A stretch of 64,000 nucleotides of DNA from Squalus acanthias (GCA_030390025.1 CM059425.1:171990001-172054000), one strand, 5' to 3'; positions 1 to 13,836 are shown, counted from the stretch's first letter. The notes: a model not told the origin generated them from the sequence alone. Made by a program: numbers and translations.

Positions 1-3000
1 GACACTGCGATGCATCAGGGAGGGAGAGTGTTACCTGGACACTTTGATCCTTAGGATAAATACTTCAAATTTAGTCCGTGGTCAGGAACAGGAGGGTGTG
101 ACTGCGAGTGAGACAGGTATGGGGATCCAGAAGGTAGCACTGGAGGAGCCTCAGCCCTTGCACTTGTCCAACAGGTACGAGGTTCTTGCAGCCTGTGTGG
201 ACGAGAGCAGGGACTGCAGGGAGGATGAGCAAACTGACCACAGCACCATGGTTCAGGGGGCCATTCAAATTGGGGAAGTAAAAAGAAATGTAGTGGTAGC
301 GGACAGTATAGTTAGGGGGATATATACTGTTCTCTGCAGTCGAGTGCGTGAGTCCCGAAGGCTGTGTTGCCTGCCCGGTGCCAGGGTTAAGGACATCTCC
401 TCAGGGCTGGAGAGGAACTTGGAGTGGGAGGGGGAGGGTCCAGTTGTTGTGGTCCATGTAGGTACCAATGACATAGGTTGGACGAAGAAAGAGGTTCTGC
501 TGAGGGAGTTTGTGGAGCTAGGATCCAAATTAAAAAGCAGAACCACAAATGCAATAAACTCTGGATTACTACCTGAGCCACGAGCAAATTGGCATAGGGT
601 CAATAAGATCAGAGAGTTGAAAGCGTGGCTCAAAGATTGGGGTGGGAGATGTGGGTTTCGATTCATGGGGCACTGCCGCCAGTACTGGGGAAAGAGGGAG
701 CTGTTCCATTGGGATGGGCTTCACATGAACCATGCTGGGACCAGTTTCCTGGCTAACTGAATAACTAGGGCTGTAGATAGGGCTTTAAACTAAATAGTTT
801 GGGGGGGGGGGGGGGGCGCATTCAGGTGAGTGGAAACTTAGAAAGTCATAGAGAAAGTAGATGGCAAGAGTGCAGGGTAACGATAGGGGCAATGATAACC
901 AGAGTATGACAGGAAGAAACAAAGCGTACAAACATAAGAGTGTACCAGCAAATAGAGTCAGAGAAGGGAAAAATGGTAAAAAGACAAAGTTAAAGGCTGT
1001 TTATTTGAATGCACGCAGCATTCGTAACAAGATAGAGGAGTTGACAGCACAAATAGAAATAAATGGCTATGATCTGATAGCCATTACAGAGACGTGGTTG
1101 CAAGGTGACCAAGGCTGGGAAATGAATATTCAGGGGTATCTGACATTTCGGAAGGATAGGCAGAAAGGAAAAGGAGGTGGGGAAGCTCCGTTAATAAAGG
1201 ATGAGATCAGTGCAGTGGTGAGAAATGCTATTGCCTCAGAAGATCAAGATGTAGAATAAGTTTGGGTGGAGAGAAGAAATAGTAAGGGAAAGAAGTCACT
1301 GGTGGGAGTAGTCTATAGGCCCCCTAACAGTAGCTGCACTGTAGGACAGAGTATAAATCAAGAAATAATGGAGGCTTGCAAGAAAGGTACTGCAATAATC
1401 GTGGGCGATTTTAATCTTCATATCAATTGGACAAATCAAATTGGCAAGGGTAGCCTTGAGGACGAGTTCAGTGTGTGTATTCGGGATGGTTTCTTAGAAA
1501 AATACATTGTGGATCCAACCAGGGAGCAGGCTATTTTAGATCTGGTAATGTGTAATGAGGCAGGATTAATTAATGATCTCATAGGAAAGGATCCTCTTGG
1601 GAAGAGTGATCATAGCATGATAGAATTTCAAATTCATTTTGAGGGTGAGAAACTTGGGTCTGAAACTAGTGTCCTAAAGTTAAATAAAGGCAATTACAAA
1701 GGTAGGAAGACAGAGTTGGCTAAAGTGGACTGGGAAAATAGATTAAAAGGGTAGGACTTTAGATAAGCAGTGGCAGACATTTAAGGAGATATTTCATAAC
1801 TCTCAGCAAAGGTTTATTCCAGTGAGAAAGAAAGACTCTATGAGAAAGATAAATCATCCATGGCTAACTAAGGAAGTTAAGGATAGTATCAAATTGAAAG
1901 AAAAGGCATACAATGTTGCGAAGATTAGTGGTAGGCCAGAGGATTGGGAAATTTTTAGAAAGCAGCAAAGAATGACTAAAAATAAAATAAAGATGGAGAA
2001 GATAGCTTATGAGAGTAAACGAGCAAAAAATATAAAAACAGACAATAAGAGCTTCCACAGGTATATAAAAAGGAAGAGAGTAGCTAAAGTAAACGTTGGT
2101 CCCTTAGAGGATGAGACTGGGAAATTAATAATGGGAAACAGGGAAATGGCAGAGACTTGGAACAAATATTTTGTATCGGTCTTCACGGTAGAAGACACTA
2201 AAAGCATCCCAATAATAATTGATAATCAAGGGGCAAAAGGGAGGGAGGGAGGGAGGAACTTAAAACAATCACTATTACTAGAGAAAAAATACTCGGCAAA
2301 CTAATGGGACTAAAGGCTGACAAGTCCCCTGGACCTGATGGCCTGCATCCTAGGGTTTTAAAAGTGGCTGCAGACACAGTGGATGCATTGGTTGTAATCT
2401 ACCAAAATTCCCTGGATTTTGGAGAGGTCCCAGCGGATTGAAAAACCGCAAATCTATTGCCCCTATTAAAGAAAGGTAACTCAACCTGACGAAGGGGCAA
2501 CAGCTCCGAAAGCTTGTAATTTTAAATAAATCTGTTGGACTATAACCTGGTGTTGTGCGACTTCTCATTTTTGTCCACCCCAGTCCAACACCGGCATCTC
2601 CGCATCATATTCAAGAAAGGAGAGAGACAGAAAGCAGTAAACTATATGCCAGTTAGCCTAATAACTGTCATTGGGAAAATGCTGGAATCCATTATTTAGG
2701 AAGTAATAGCAGGACATTTAGAAAATCATAATACAATCAAGCAGAGTCAACATGGTTTATGAAAGGGAAATCGTGTTTGACAAATTTACTAGAGTTCTTT
2801 GAGGATGTAACGAGCAGGATGGATAAAGGGGAAACAGTAGATGTAGTGTATTTGGATTTCCAGAAGGCATTCGAGAAGGTGCCGCATAAAAGGTTACTGC
2901 ACAAGATAAGAGCTCACGGGGTTGGGATAACATATTAGCATGGATAGAGGATTGGCTAACTAACAGAAAACAGAGAGTTGGGATAAATGGGTCATTTTCA

Positions 3001-4020
3001 GGTAGGCAAACTATAACTAGTGGGGTGCCACAGGGATCAGTGCTGGGGCCTCAACTATTTACAATCTATATTAATGACTTGGATGAAGGGACCGAGTGTA
3101 CCGTCGCCAAATTTGCTGATATAAAGATAGGTGGGAAAGCAAGTTGTGAGGAGGACACAAAGAGTCTGCAAAGGGATATAGATAGGTTAAGTGAGTGGGC
3201 AAAAATTTGGCAGATGGAGTATAATGTGGGAAATGTGAGGTTATCCACTTTGGTGGGAAGAATACAAAAGCAAAATATTATTTAAATGGAGAGAAACTAC
3301 AGAATGCTGCAGTACAGAGGGATCTGGGTGTCCTCGTACATGAAACACAAAAAGTTAGCACGCAGGTACAGCAAGTAATTAGGAAGGCAAATGGAATGTT
3401 GGCCTTTATTGCAAGGGGGATGGAGTATAAAAGTAGGGAAGTCTTGCTACAACTGTACAGGGCGTTGGTGAGATCACACCAAGAGTACTGCGTACAGTTT
3501 TGGTCTCCTTATTTAAGGAAAGATATACTTGCATTGGAGGCAGTTCAGAGAAGGTTCACTAGGTTGATTCCTGAGATGAAGGGGTTGTCTTGTGAGGAAA
3601 GGTTGGGTCTATACTCATTGGAGTTAGAAGAAGGAGAGGTGATCTTATTGAAACATACAAGATTCTGAGGGGGCTTGACAGGGTAGATGCTGAGAGGATG
3701 TTACCCCTCGTGGGGGAATCTCGAACTAGGGGGCATAGTTTCGGAATAAGGGTCGCCCATTTAAAACGGAGATGAGGAGGAATTTCTTCTCTCAGAGGGT
3801 CGTAAATCTTTGGAATTCTCTGCCCCAGAGAGCTGTGGAGGCGGAGTCATTGAATATATTCAAGGCGGAGATAGACAAGATTTTGAAAAACAGGCGAGTC
3901 AAGGGTTATGGGGAGCGGGCAGGAAAGTGGAGTTGAGGCCAAGATCAGATCAGCCATGATCTTATTGAAGAGCAGGCTCGAGGTGCCGAATGGCCGACTC
4001 CTGCTCCTATTTCTTGTTAT
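1..4020 (+). mobile_element. CR1 LINE, degenerate (ORF1 esterase + ORF2 APE-RT, 3' tail)
   Basis: ORF1 44-760 has SGNH-esterase motifs (DSIVR, HVGTND, DGLH). ORF2 fragments have APE motifs (LNARS, ITETW, YRPP, GDFN, SDH) and RT motifs (PQGSVLGP, FAD). Multiple stops and frameshifts; typical CR1 3' end at about 3940-4020. Confidence 0.95.
2477..2607 (+). mobile_element. Short 3'-terminal Penelope-like element insertion (hammerhead-like motif + tail) inside a CR1
   Basis: Near-identical to 43001-43125. Flanked by a 13-bp TSD with one mismatch: TATTAAAGAAAGG (2464-2476) / TATTCAAGAAAGG (2608-2620). Confidence 0.85.
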
Positions 4021-4039
4021 GACTGTAACGGTGTTGCAT

Positions 4040-7000
4040 TATCCCTCCTAACCCTCTCTGTAGCCATCCAAAACGTTGACCACGCCATCCTCTTCAACAC
4101 CTCGCCACCTTCCAGTTTCATGACTGATACAATTGTAGAGAGAGGATCGCTACCAATGGCTTTTCCTGCACCAGCACCTGCAGAATCCCACTTGGTTCTG
4201 TTCTTGGCCCAGTTCTCATCTATATCGTGCCCTTGGCGACATCATCTGCAGACATGGGACCAGCTTCCACATATATGCTGATGACACCCAGCCATACCTC
4301 TCTCAATCCCTCCACAACCTCTGGGCTGTCATGTTGTTTGTCCGACATCCATTCTTGGATGCGCCTTAACTTCCTCCAGTTAAACATTGGGAAGACTAAA
4401 GCAATCGTCTTGGGCCCTGCCACAAACTCCACACACTCACACCTGACTCCATCCCCGATTGCCACTATTTCAGGCTGAACCAGAATCCGCAATACCTTGT
4501 CTGTTCCACAGTTAACTTTCAACCCCATATCCTCTTCATCACAAAGTCTATTTCCATCTCTAACCTTCACCTACCTCCACCCCACCTCATCTATATGCTG
4601 ATGAAACCTTAAACTACACCTTCATCGCCTCTAGACTCGACTATTTGCTGGCCTGGCCAGCCGCCCATCCTACACCCTCCAAAAATCAACGGACCAGATC
4701 AAAGCTCTGCAGTCCTGCCACATCCAATCGTGAATGGTGGTGGACAATTAAAGAACTAACGGGAGGAAGAGGCTCCATGAATATCCCCATCCCCAATGAT
4801 GGCAGAGCGCAGCACGCGAGTGCAAAAGACAAGGCTGAAGTGTTTGCAACCATCTTCAGCTAGAAGTGCCGAGTGGTGAACCATATCGGCCTATTCCTAA
4901 GGTCGGCACCATCACAGAAGCCAGTCTTCAGCCAATTCGATTCACTCCACATGATATCAAGAAATGGCTGAGCACACTGGATACAGCAAAGGCTACAGGC
5001 CCCCACAACATCCCGGCTGTCGTGCTGAAGACTTGTGCTCCAGAACTAGGTGTCGTCGACAGTGCTATCAAGCGGGATTTAAAAAAAAAAATTTGCTTAT
5101 GGGATCTGGGCGTCGCTGGCAAGGCCAGCATTTATTACCCATCCCTAGTTGCCCTTGAGAAGGTGGTGGTGAGCCACCGCCTTGAACCGCTACAGTCTGT
5201 GTGGTGATGGTACTCCCAACAGTGCTGTTCGGTAGGGAGTTCCAGGATTTTGACCCAGCGACGACGAAGGATCAGCAATATACTTCTAAGTCAGGATGGT
5301 GTGTGACTTGGAGGTGGTGGTGTTCCCAAGTGCCTGCTGCCCTTGTCCTTCTAGGTGGAAGAGGTCGCGGGTTTGGGAGGTGCTGCCGAAGAAGCCTTGG
5401 CAAGTTGCTGCAGTGCATCTTGCAGATGGTACACACTGCAGCCACGGTCCGCCAGTGGTGGAGGGAGTGAATGTTTAAGGTGGAGGATGGGGTGCCAATC
5501 AAGCGGGCTGCTTTGTCTTTACTCACCAACAACCTGCTCACCGATACTCAGTTTGGGTTCCGCCAGTACCACTCGGTTCCAGACCTCATTACAGCCTTGG
5601 TCCAAACATGGACAAAAGAGCTGAATTCCAGAGGTGACGGTGACTGCCCTTGACATCAAGACAGCATTTGACCAAGTGTGGCATCAAGGAACTCGAGTAA
5701 AATTGAAGTCAATGGGAATCAGGGGGAAAACTCTCCACTGGCTCGAGTCATACCCTTGCACAAAGGAAGATGGCTGTAGTTGTTGGAGGTCAATATTCTC
5801 AGCCCAAAACATCCCTGCTGGAGTTCCTCAGGGCAGTGTCCTGGGCCCAACCATCTTCAGCTGCTTCATCAATGACCTTCCCTCCATCATAAGGTCAGAA
5901 ATGGGGATGTTCGCTAATGATTGCACAGTGTTCAATTAGATTCGCAACTCCTCAGATAATGAAGCAGTCCATGCCCGAATACAGCAAACCTGAATGACGT
6001 TCAGGATTGGGATAATAAGTGGCAAGCAACATTCGCGCCACACAAGTGCCAGGCAATGACCATCTCCAACAACCGAGAGTCTGACCACCGCCCCTTGACA
6101 TTCAATGGCATTACCATCGCTGAATTCCCCACCATCAACATCCTGGTGATCACCATTGACCAGAAACTTAACTGGACCAGCCACATAAATACTGTGGCTA
6201 CATGAGCAGGTCAGAGGCTGGGTATTCTGCGGCGAGTGTCTCACCTCCTGACTCCCCAAAGCCTTTCCACCATCTACAAGGCACAAGACGTAATACTCTC
6301 CACTTGCCTGGATGAGTGCAGCTCCAACAACACTCAAGAAGCTCGACACCATCCAGGACAAAGCAGCCCGCTTGATTGGCACCCCATCCACCACCTTAAA
6401 CATTCACTCCCTGCACCACCGGCACACCATGGCTACAGTGTGTACCATCCACAAGATGCACTGCAGCAACTCGCCAAGACTTCTTCAGCAGCACCTTCCA
6501 AACCCGCGACCTCTATCACCTAGAAGGACAAGGGCAGCAGGCGCATGGGAACACCATCACCTGCAAGTTCCTCTCCAAGTAACACACCATCCTGACTTGG
6601 AAATATATCGCCGTTCCTTCATCGTCGCTGCGTCAAAATCCTGGAACTCCCTCCCTAGGACTGCAGTGGTTCAAGAAGGCAGCTCACCACCACCTTCTCA
6701 AGGGCAATTAGGGATGGGCAATAAATGCTGGTTTTGACAGCAACACCCACATCCCAGGAACAAATAAAAGAAAATCCACAAGTCTACTGCCCATACCCAA
6801 ACCTGTACCCAATGCCCATCATTCCCATCCTCTGACCTACATAGATTCCACATCCCCCACTGCTTCAAATTTAACATTTTCACCCTTGTTTGTATTTAAG
6901 TCCCTTTATGGCCCCACCTCCCAGCTCCAGACTCTTCCAGTCCTACAAATACCCAGTTCTCTGTTCCTCTGACTGAAGCCTTTTGTGCATCCCCTGCTTC

Positions 7001-7210
7001 CTTCACACCACAGCTACTTAAGTCACACCCTGAACCCCTCCATCTCCTCCTTTAAAGCCCACCTTAACCTCAATATCTCTTTGGCTAAGCATTTGGTTAC
7101 CCCTTCCTAATATCTCCTTCTTGATTTGGCATCCATTTTTTCTCACAACTCTGAAGTGCCTCAGATGTTTTTCTACATTAAAAAGTGCTGTATAAATGTA
7201 AATTGTTGTC
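4040..7210 (+). mobile_element. Old L2-type LINE remnant (about 4040-4680 and 6760-7210) split by a younger LINE
   Basis: L2-like RT C-terminal peptide CLSDIHSWMRLNFLQLNIGKTKAIV (4227-4478 frame); L2-like 3' tail ...AAAAGTGCTGTATAAATGTAAATTGTTGT at about 7180-7210. Confidence 0.7.
4680..6765 (+). mobile_element. 5'-truncated CR1/L2-group LINE (family B), containing an inverted 3' fragment of the same family at about 5085-5515
   Basis: RT motifs ALDIKTAFDQVWH, PQGSVLGP, FANDC. 3' tail GGGCAATTAGGGATGGGCAATAAATGCTGG. Segment 5085-5515 is the reverse complement of about 6355-6760. Confidence 0.85.
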
Positions 7211-8429
7211 TGACAAATGACTACTGCACAACACTTCTGAAAGAAATTTTGCAACATCTGATTTGCAAGAGCAAGATTTCTCTGAATTCATTAGAACAGA
7301 CAGTTCAATGTACTTTACAGCAGTTTTGATGGGCCTACTTATATCAAGTTACCTCATGTGGTCTATGTAAACATATATAAATATTTATCAATTTTAAATG
7401 TAATTTTACCCATTAAACATCAACAATGCTGATTGAGTCTTGCCTTGATATGTTGTTGCACACACCTTTCAAGTAAAATTATTTAAATTAAAAAAAGAGT
7501 TCCATCTGTTTTGCACTTTTCAGTGTTAAAATTACACTGATTTTCAGACTGAACAGTAATGCACATGTCATGGAATTTGAATGCAAGTCAATAAGCCTTG
7601 TATTTCAAATGACAACCCTCACTCATTGAGAACTAAACCATTACACCCTGGATAGCTCTGGGCTGTTCTCAAGCCTAACACTACATCCGTAAATAACATT
7701 AAAAAATTCAGAGAGCTGGGCACCAATTACAAACATGGACTTCAGAAATGCCCGACACCCTAAATTGGTTTTAACTGTCAGAATTATAACTGACACTGTA
7801 ATTCAAAGTGACTAAGTCAGGTGGATTGCAAAAGCACCTGAAATTGCACCTTTAATAAACCATTTAATAAAACCCAATAAAGCATATCTACTATAGATTT
7901 ATGTGGTTAATATCTTGCACGTTTTTCCACTATTAACGATACATATTCCTTAAGAATGCCAGAGGGCATTTTTAGCATTGAAATCACAATGGATTATACA
8001 TTAATACAAGGATTCACTGAATCAACCTGTGACTGTTGACTACGAGCTGAACGTGATATTTAAAAAAAACACCCTTCGTTATCAATTTTTAATGTCCCCA
8101 AAATCATTCAGCACTGAGGGCCACTTGTCTTGAGGCCTGCTCAGAGTTCGATTCCTCTATTGTCGTACTGTTGCACTCGCACTGTATCAGTATTCCGAGT
8201 TCTGACATGCCAGCTCCAACATTCTGCTTCAGACACACTCATTTTAAACAAGGCCTCAGCTGCCCAGGGTCTGTCTTTGAAACTGTAAATAACAGTAAGG
8301 AACGTACTGCCTACCGGCGACTATTCCTCCCTAGCTTTCACACGTTTGCGACCTTGTACAGAGAGGTGTCATAATTCTAAGTTTAAAAAAAAATAACCAG
8401 TTACTAATTGAAAAAAATAGCGAATACAA

Positions 8430-8645
8430 ACTGCTTCGGAGCTTCCTGTACTGCAGGGCCTACTTCTTCAACTGAGCAACTCGTAACACAGCTCCAACCT
8501 CCGCCACAGCTCATTGGTGCCAATGAATGAACGTCACTCGGTAGACCCGCCCTTTGATCGGAATCCCACGAGTCGCTCAGCTGCCAAGTGTTTTGGTAGC
8601 TGGAGTGAAGCTAACTCGGTGGGTCGCATCGCTGTGGGAAAAGTT
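8430..8645. promoter_or_regulatory. Candidate CpG-containing Pol II promoter
   Basis: Local CpG enrichment in non-repeat DNA, with two oppositely oriented CCAAT boxes (ATTGG about 8513, CCAAT about 8520), a CRE-like ACGTCA, a GC box CCCGCCC (about 8546) and an ETS-like CTTCCTG. Confidence 0.55.
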
Positions 8646-8651
8646 TGAAGT

Positions 8652-8674
8652 ATGATCACGTTATGTATTGTAAA
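8652..8674 (+). CDS. Candidate first coding exon (MITLCIVK), phase-2 donor
   Basis: ATG with -3 A directly after an in-frame TGA, followed by AAA|GTAAGG donor, just downstream of the promoter-like region. Confidence 0.3.
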
Positions 8675-9571
8675 GTAAGGAAGTTTGTTGGGGGCGAGGA
8701 ACATTTTGTGAACGCAAGAGCTGTTTCCCCCCCCCCCTGAAATTAGGTATCTTTGAGTGTGTTTGGGCTAAGTGGGAGTTTTGAGAAGCTGGATCTTTTT
8801 CCAAAGTGTACATGTAAAGTGGGTTGAGAGGGTCGAGGATATGCAGTGACCATTTTAGAAGTTAATCAAACCCGTAATTGAGAATTTTGATTTCTCACAC
8901 TTTAATTTGTGCATTTCGCAACGATTTGGAATAGATGATATATATATACACACACGCGTGGTGTTCAAAAACACACTATATAATTAAAACGCCCACGAAC
9001 CTGGCCACAACCAACCATTCGGCCAGAACCTCCAGTCGCAAATGACCACCAGAAAAAACCAGCAATCTGGCAGCCAGCCATCAAAAGCCAGACATCTCTC
9101 GGAGCAGCCAAATCACCGGCAGCCACCAGTTTCCAGTAAATAATTTGATGAACTCTAAACTAATTAATTAAATAAATAAAATAATGGGAGAACAGGAGAT
9201 GTGTTGCTGCTGCAATATGTGGGAGCTTGTGGACATTTTTGTCCAGGGCGACTACATCTGCAGTAAGTGTCTGCGGCTCGAAGTTACCTGGACCGTTTGC
9301 TCCAGGAGGCAGCCACACCCCTTAGATTAAATACTTTAGAATTGACACATGATCAGGGACAGGAGGGTGTGACTGCGAGTGAGGCAGGTACGGGGATCCA
9401 GGAGGTAGTATTGCAGGAGCCTCAGTCCCTGCACTTGTCCAATAGATTCGAGGTTCTTGCAACCCTTGTGGACGACTGCGGGGAGGACGAGCAAACTGAC
9501 CATGGCACCGTGGTACAGGAAGCCGGTCAAGTGGGGGGAGTAAAAAGGAAGGTGGTTGTAGTAGGCGACAG

Positions 9572-9660
9572 TCTTAGGCAGTCTTCTTAGGCAGTCCCTC
9601 GGAACCGAGGATGACTTGCTACCACATTAAAAATGAGTTCGCAGATGACTGATGAGTCCA
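9572..9660 (-). mobile_element. Short RTE-like LINE 3'-end insertion in CR1 ORF1
   Basis: Interrupts the VGDS(IV)RG motif; CTTAGGCAGTCCCTCGGAACCGAGGATGACTTGC resembles an RTE 3' terminus in reverse (family recognised from memory). Confidence 0.5.
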
Positions 9661-10938
9661 ACAGTTAGGGGGATAGACACTGTTCTCTGCAGCCAGGGGC
9701 ATGAGTCCCGAAGGCTATGTTGCCTACCCGGTGCCAGGGTAAAGGACATCTCCTCCGGGCTGGAGAAGAACTTGGAGTGAGAGGGGGAGGATCTAGTTGT
9801 CGTGGTCCACGTAGGTACCAACGACATAGGTAGGACTAAGAAAAAGGTTCTGCTGAGAGAGTTTGAGCAGCTAGGGACTAAATTAAAAAGCAGAACCACA
9901 AAGGTCATAATCTCTGGATTATTACCTGAGCCACGACCAAATTGGCATAGGGTCAATAGGATCAGGGAGATGAATGCGTAGCTCAGAGATTGGTGTGGGA
10001 GAAGTTGGTTTCGATTTGTGGGGCACTGGCACCAGTACTGGGGAAAGAGAGAGATGTTCCGTTGGGACGGACTACACCTGAACCATGCTGGGACCAGAGT
10101 TCTAGCGAATCAAATAACTAGGGAGATAGGGCTTCAAACTAAATAAGGAGGAGTGGGGCGGGGAGGGAGAGAAATCTAGAATGCTAAAGAGAAAAGACAA
10201 GGAAGCAGTGCAGGAAAGTGATTGGGGTAGAGATAACCAGATTGTGTCAGGAAGGGACAGAGCGTACAAACAAAAGAGTGCATTAACAAATAGGGTCTGG
10301 GTAAGAGAAAATGGTAATAAGACAAATAGGGCCATAGTACAAAAAAATGTTCAGATGTCTAAAAATGTTAAAAAGACAAATCTAAAGGCACTGTATCTGA
10401 ATGCACGAAGCATTCGTAATAAGGTAGACGAATTAACAGCGCAAATAGATGTAAACGGATACGATATAATTGTGATTACGGAGACATGGCTGCAGGGTGA
10501 CCAAGGCTGGGAGCTGAATATCCAAGGATATTCGATATTTAGGAAGAACAGGCAAAAAGGAAAATGAGGTGGGGGGGCGTTGTTAGTAAAGGATGAAATC
10601 AGAGCAAAAGTGAGAAAGGATATTGGCTCAGAAAATCAAGATGTAGAATCAGTCTGGGTGGAGCTAAGAAGCACCAAGGAGCAGAAAACATTGGAGGGAG
10701 TTGTCTGTCGGCCTCCAAACAGTAGTGGTAATGTAGGGAAGGCATCAAACAGGAAATTAGAGATGCTTGTAACAAGGGTACTACAGTAATCATGCGTGAC
10801 TTTAATCTACATATAGACTGGCCAAACCAAATTAGCAATAATACTGTGGAGGATGAATCCCTGGAGTGTGTACGAAATGGTTTTTTAGACCAGTATGTTG
10901 AGGAGCCAACTAGGGAACAGGCTATCCTAGATTAGGTA

Positions 10939-12978
10939 TTGTGCAATGAGAAGGGGTTAATTAATAATCTTGTTGTGCAGGGTCCTTTAGGGAAGAGTGT
11001 CCATAACATGATAGAATTCTTCATTAAGATGGAAAGTGAAGTAGTCCAATCCGAAACTAGGGTCCTAAATCTAAACAAAGGAAACTACAAAGGTATGAGG
11101 AGTGAGTTGGCTATGATAGATTGGGGAGCATCATTAAAAGGCATGACGGTGGATAGGCAATGGCTAACATTAAAGGAACGAATACATGAATTGCAACAGT
11201 TATACATTCCTTTCTGGCGCAAAAAAACAAAAGGAAAAGCGGCCCAACCATGGCTAACAAAAGAAATTAAGGATAGTATTAGATCCAAAGAGGAGTCATA
11301 TAAAGTTGCCAGAAAAAGTAGCAAGCCTGAGGATTGGGAGCAGTTTAGAATTCAGCAAAAAAGGACCAAGAGATTGATTAAGATGGGAAAAATAGAGTAC
11401 GAGAGTAAACTTGCAAGGAACATAAAAGTGGACTGTAAAAGCTTCTACAAGTATGTAAAAAGAAAAAGATTAGTGAAGACAAATGTAGGTCCCTTACAGT
11501 CAGAAATGGGAGAATTTATAATGGGGAACAAGGAAATGGCAGAGCAATCAAACAAATACTTTGGTTCTGTCTTCACGGAAGAGGATACACATAACTTCCC
11601 AGAAATGCGAGGGAACCAAGGGTCTCGTGAGAAGGAGGAATTAAAGGAAATTGGTATTAGTAAAAAAATAGTGCTGGAGAAATTAATGGGACTGAAAGCC
11701 GATAAATCCCCTGGGCCTGCTGATCTGCATCCCAGAGTACTAAAAGACGTAGCCATGGAAATAGTGGATGCATTGGTCGTCATCTTCCAAAATTCTACAG
11801 ATTATGGAACAGTTCCTGCAGATTGGAGGGTGGCAAATGTAACCCCACTATTTAAAAAAGGAGGGAGAGAGAAAACAGGGAACTACAGACCGGTTAGCCT
11901 AACATCAGTAGTAGGGAAAATGCTAGAGTCTATTATAAAGGATGTGATAACAGGACACTTAGAAAATATCAACGGGATTAGACAAAGTCAACATGGATTT
12001 ATGAAAGGGAAATCGTGTTTGACAAACCTACTGGAGTTTTTTGAGGATGTAACTGGTAGAATAGATAAGGGAGAACCAGTGGATGTGTATTTGGATTTTC
12101 AGAAGGCCTTTGATAAAGTCCCACATAAGAGGTTAGTGTGCAAAATTAAAGCACATGGGATTGGGGGTAATATACTGGCATGGATTGAAAATTGGTTAAC
12201 AGACAGGAAACAGAGAGTAGGAATAAATGGGTCTTTTTCGGGGTGGCAGGCGGTGACTAGTGGGGTACCGCAGGGATCAGTGCTTGGGCCCCAGCTATTC
12301 ACAATATATATCAATGATTTGGATGAGGGAACCAAATGTAATATTTCCAAGTTTGCTGATGACACGAAACTAGGTGGGATTGTGAGTTGTGAGGAGGATG
12401 CAAAGAGGCTTCAAGGCGATTTAGACAAGTTGAGTGAGTGGGCAAATACATGGCAGATGCAGTATAACGTGGATAAATGTGAAGTTATCCACTTCGATAA
12501 GAAAAACAGAAAGGTAGAGTATTATTTAAATGGTGATAGATTGGGAAATGTTGATGTACAGAGGGACCTGGGTGTCCTGGTACACCAGTCACTGAAAGCA
12601 AACATGCAGGTGCAGCAAGCAGTTAGGAACGCAAATGGTATGTTGGTCTTCATTGCAAGAGGATTTGAGTACAGGAGCAAGGGTGTCTTACTACAGTTAT
12701 ACAGGGCCTTGGTGAGACCACACCTGGAGTACTGTGTGCAGTTTTGGTCTCCTTACCTAAGAAAGGATATACTTGCCATAGAGGGAATGCAGCGAAGGTT
12801 CACCAGACTGATTCCTGGGATGGCAGGACTGTCGTATGAGGAGAGATTGGGTCGACTAGGCCTGTATTCACCAGAGTTTAGAAGAATGAGAGGGGATCTC
12901 ATTGAAACGTATAAAATTCTGACAGAGCTAGACAGACTGGATGCAGAGAGGATGTTTCCCCTGGCTTGGGGGGTCTAG
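10939..12978 (+). pseudogene. CR1 ORF2 reverse transcriptase (679-aa open segment)
   Basis: KSPGP, NYRPVSLT, QHGF, YLDFQKAFDKVPH, PQGSVLGP, FADD motifs; upstream APE part is disrupted. Confidence 0.95.
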
Positions 12979-13770
12979 AACGAGGGGTCACAGTCTCAGG
13001 ATACGGGGTAGGACATTTAGGACTGAGATGAAGAGAAATTTCTTCACTCAGAGGGTGGTGAACTTGTGGAATTCTCTATCACAGAAGGCTGTGGAGGCCA
13101 AGTCACTGAATATATTTAAGAAGGAGATAGATTTCTAGACACAAAAGGCATCAAGGGGTATGGGGAGAGAGCGGGAATATGGTATTGAGATAGAAGATCA
13201 GCCATGATCATTTTGAATGGCGGAGCAGGCTCGAAGGGCCGAATGGTCTACTCCTGCTCCTATTTTTCTATGTTTCTATGGTTGTCCACAACTTGAGCAA
13301 GTCAGGACAGCGACTCAGAACCAGAATGTACCATGTGTACTATAGCTTGTACATGTTAGACTATAATTTCATGTCCATCAATGTGTTGCAACCAAAAGCA
13401 AATACTTACTTTGTTCTGGGAAGACTGGTGGACTAAAAAAAAGTGTTAAGGGGAAAATGAAGACAAAGATTTTAAAAGTAAGGAGGGAAACGTAGAAAAC
13501 AAAAGAGAAGTCAAGCTAAAAACTAAAATTTGTAAGAAAAGAAGCAAGGAAATTTTTTTACTCAGTACTATTCTTTATCTGTATAACAAAATACTCAAAC
13601 ATTCTGTTCATCAAATACAATTTTCAGGGGTATTTTCTCTACATATGGGATTGCAACAAATAACTTGTTGGCTTTCTCCCAAATTCCTTCCAATGTCCTA
13701 TTTGGCCAGTTGCTGGAGTCATAAAGTATTGCTCCAGGAAACCCCATCTGACTTCTCTTTGTCTCTGCAG

Positions 13771-13836
13771 GCATTTACCACAGCTGCTGCCCAGCACCTT
13801 CTTGCTCAGTGTGGTTAATATTGGGAGTGAACCAAA
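13771..13836 (+). CDS. Candidate 66-nt symmetric phase-2 exon (HLPQLLPSTFLLSVVNIGSEP)
   Basis: Strong acceptor CTGACTTCTCTTTGTCTCTGCAG and donor AAA|GTGAGG; open in the phase-2 frame. Confidence 0.25.

Larger units (their letters stand above)
8990..13280 (+). mobile_element. Near full-length CR1 LINE
   Basis: ORF1 remnants (CxxC..CxxC zinc finger from about 9184; esterase VGDS/HVGTND), APE fragments, long RT ORF and CR1 3' tail ending TTTCTATGTTTCTATG. Confidence 0.95.

Noticed and set aside
9645..9662. CTGATGAGTCC resembling a hammerhead core
   Set aside because: No downstream stem II partner or GAAA; it is part of an RTE-like 3' fragment.
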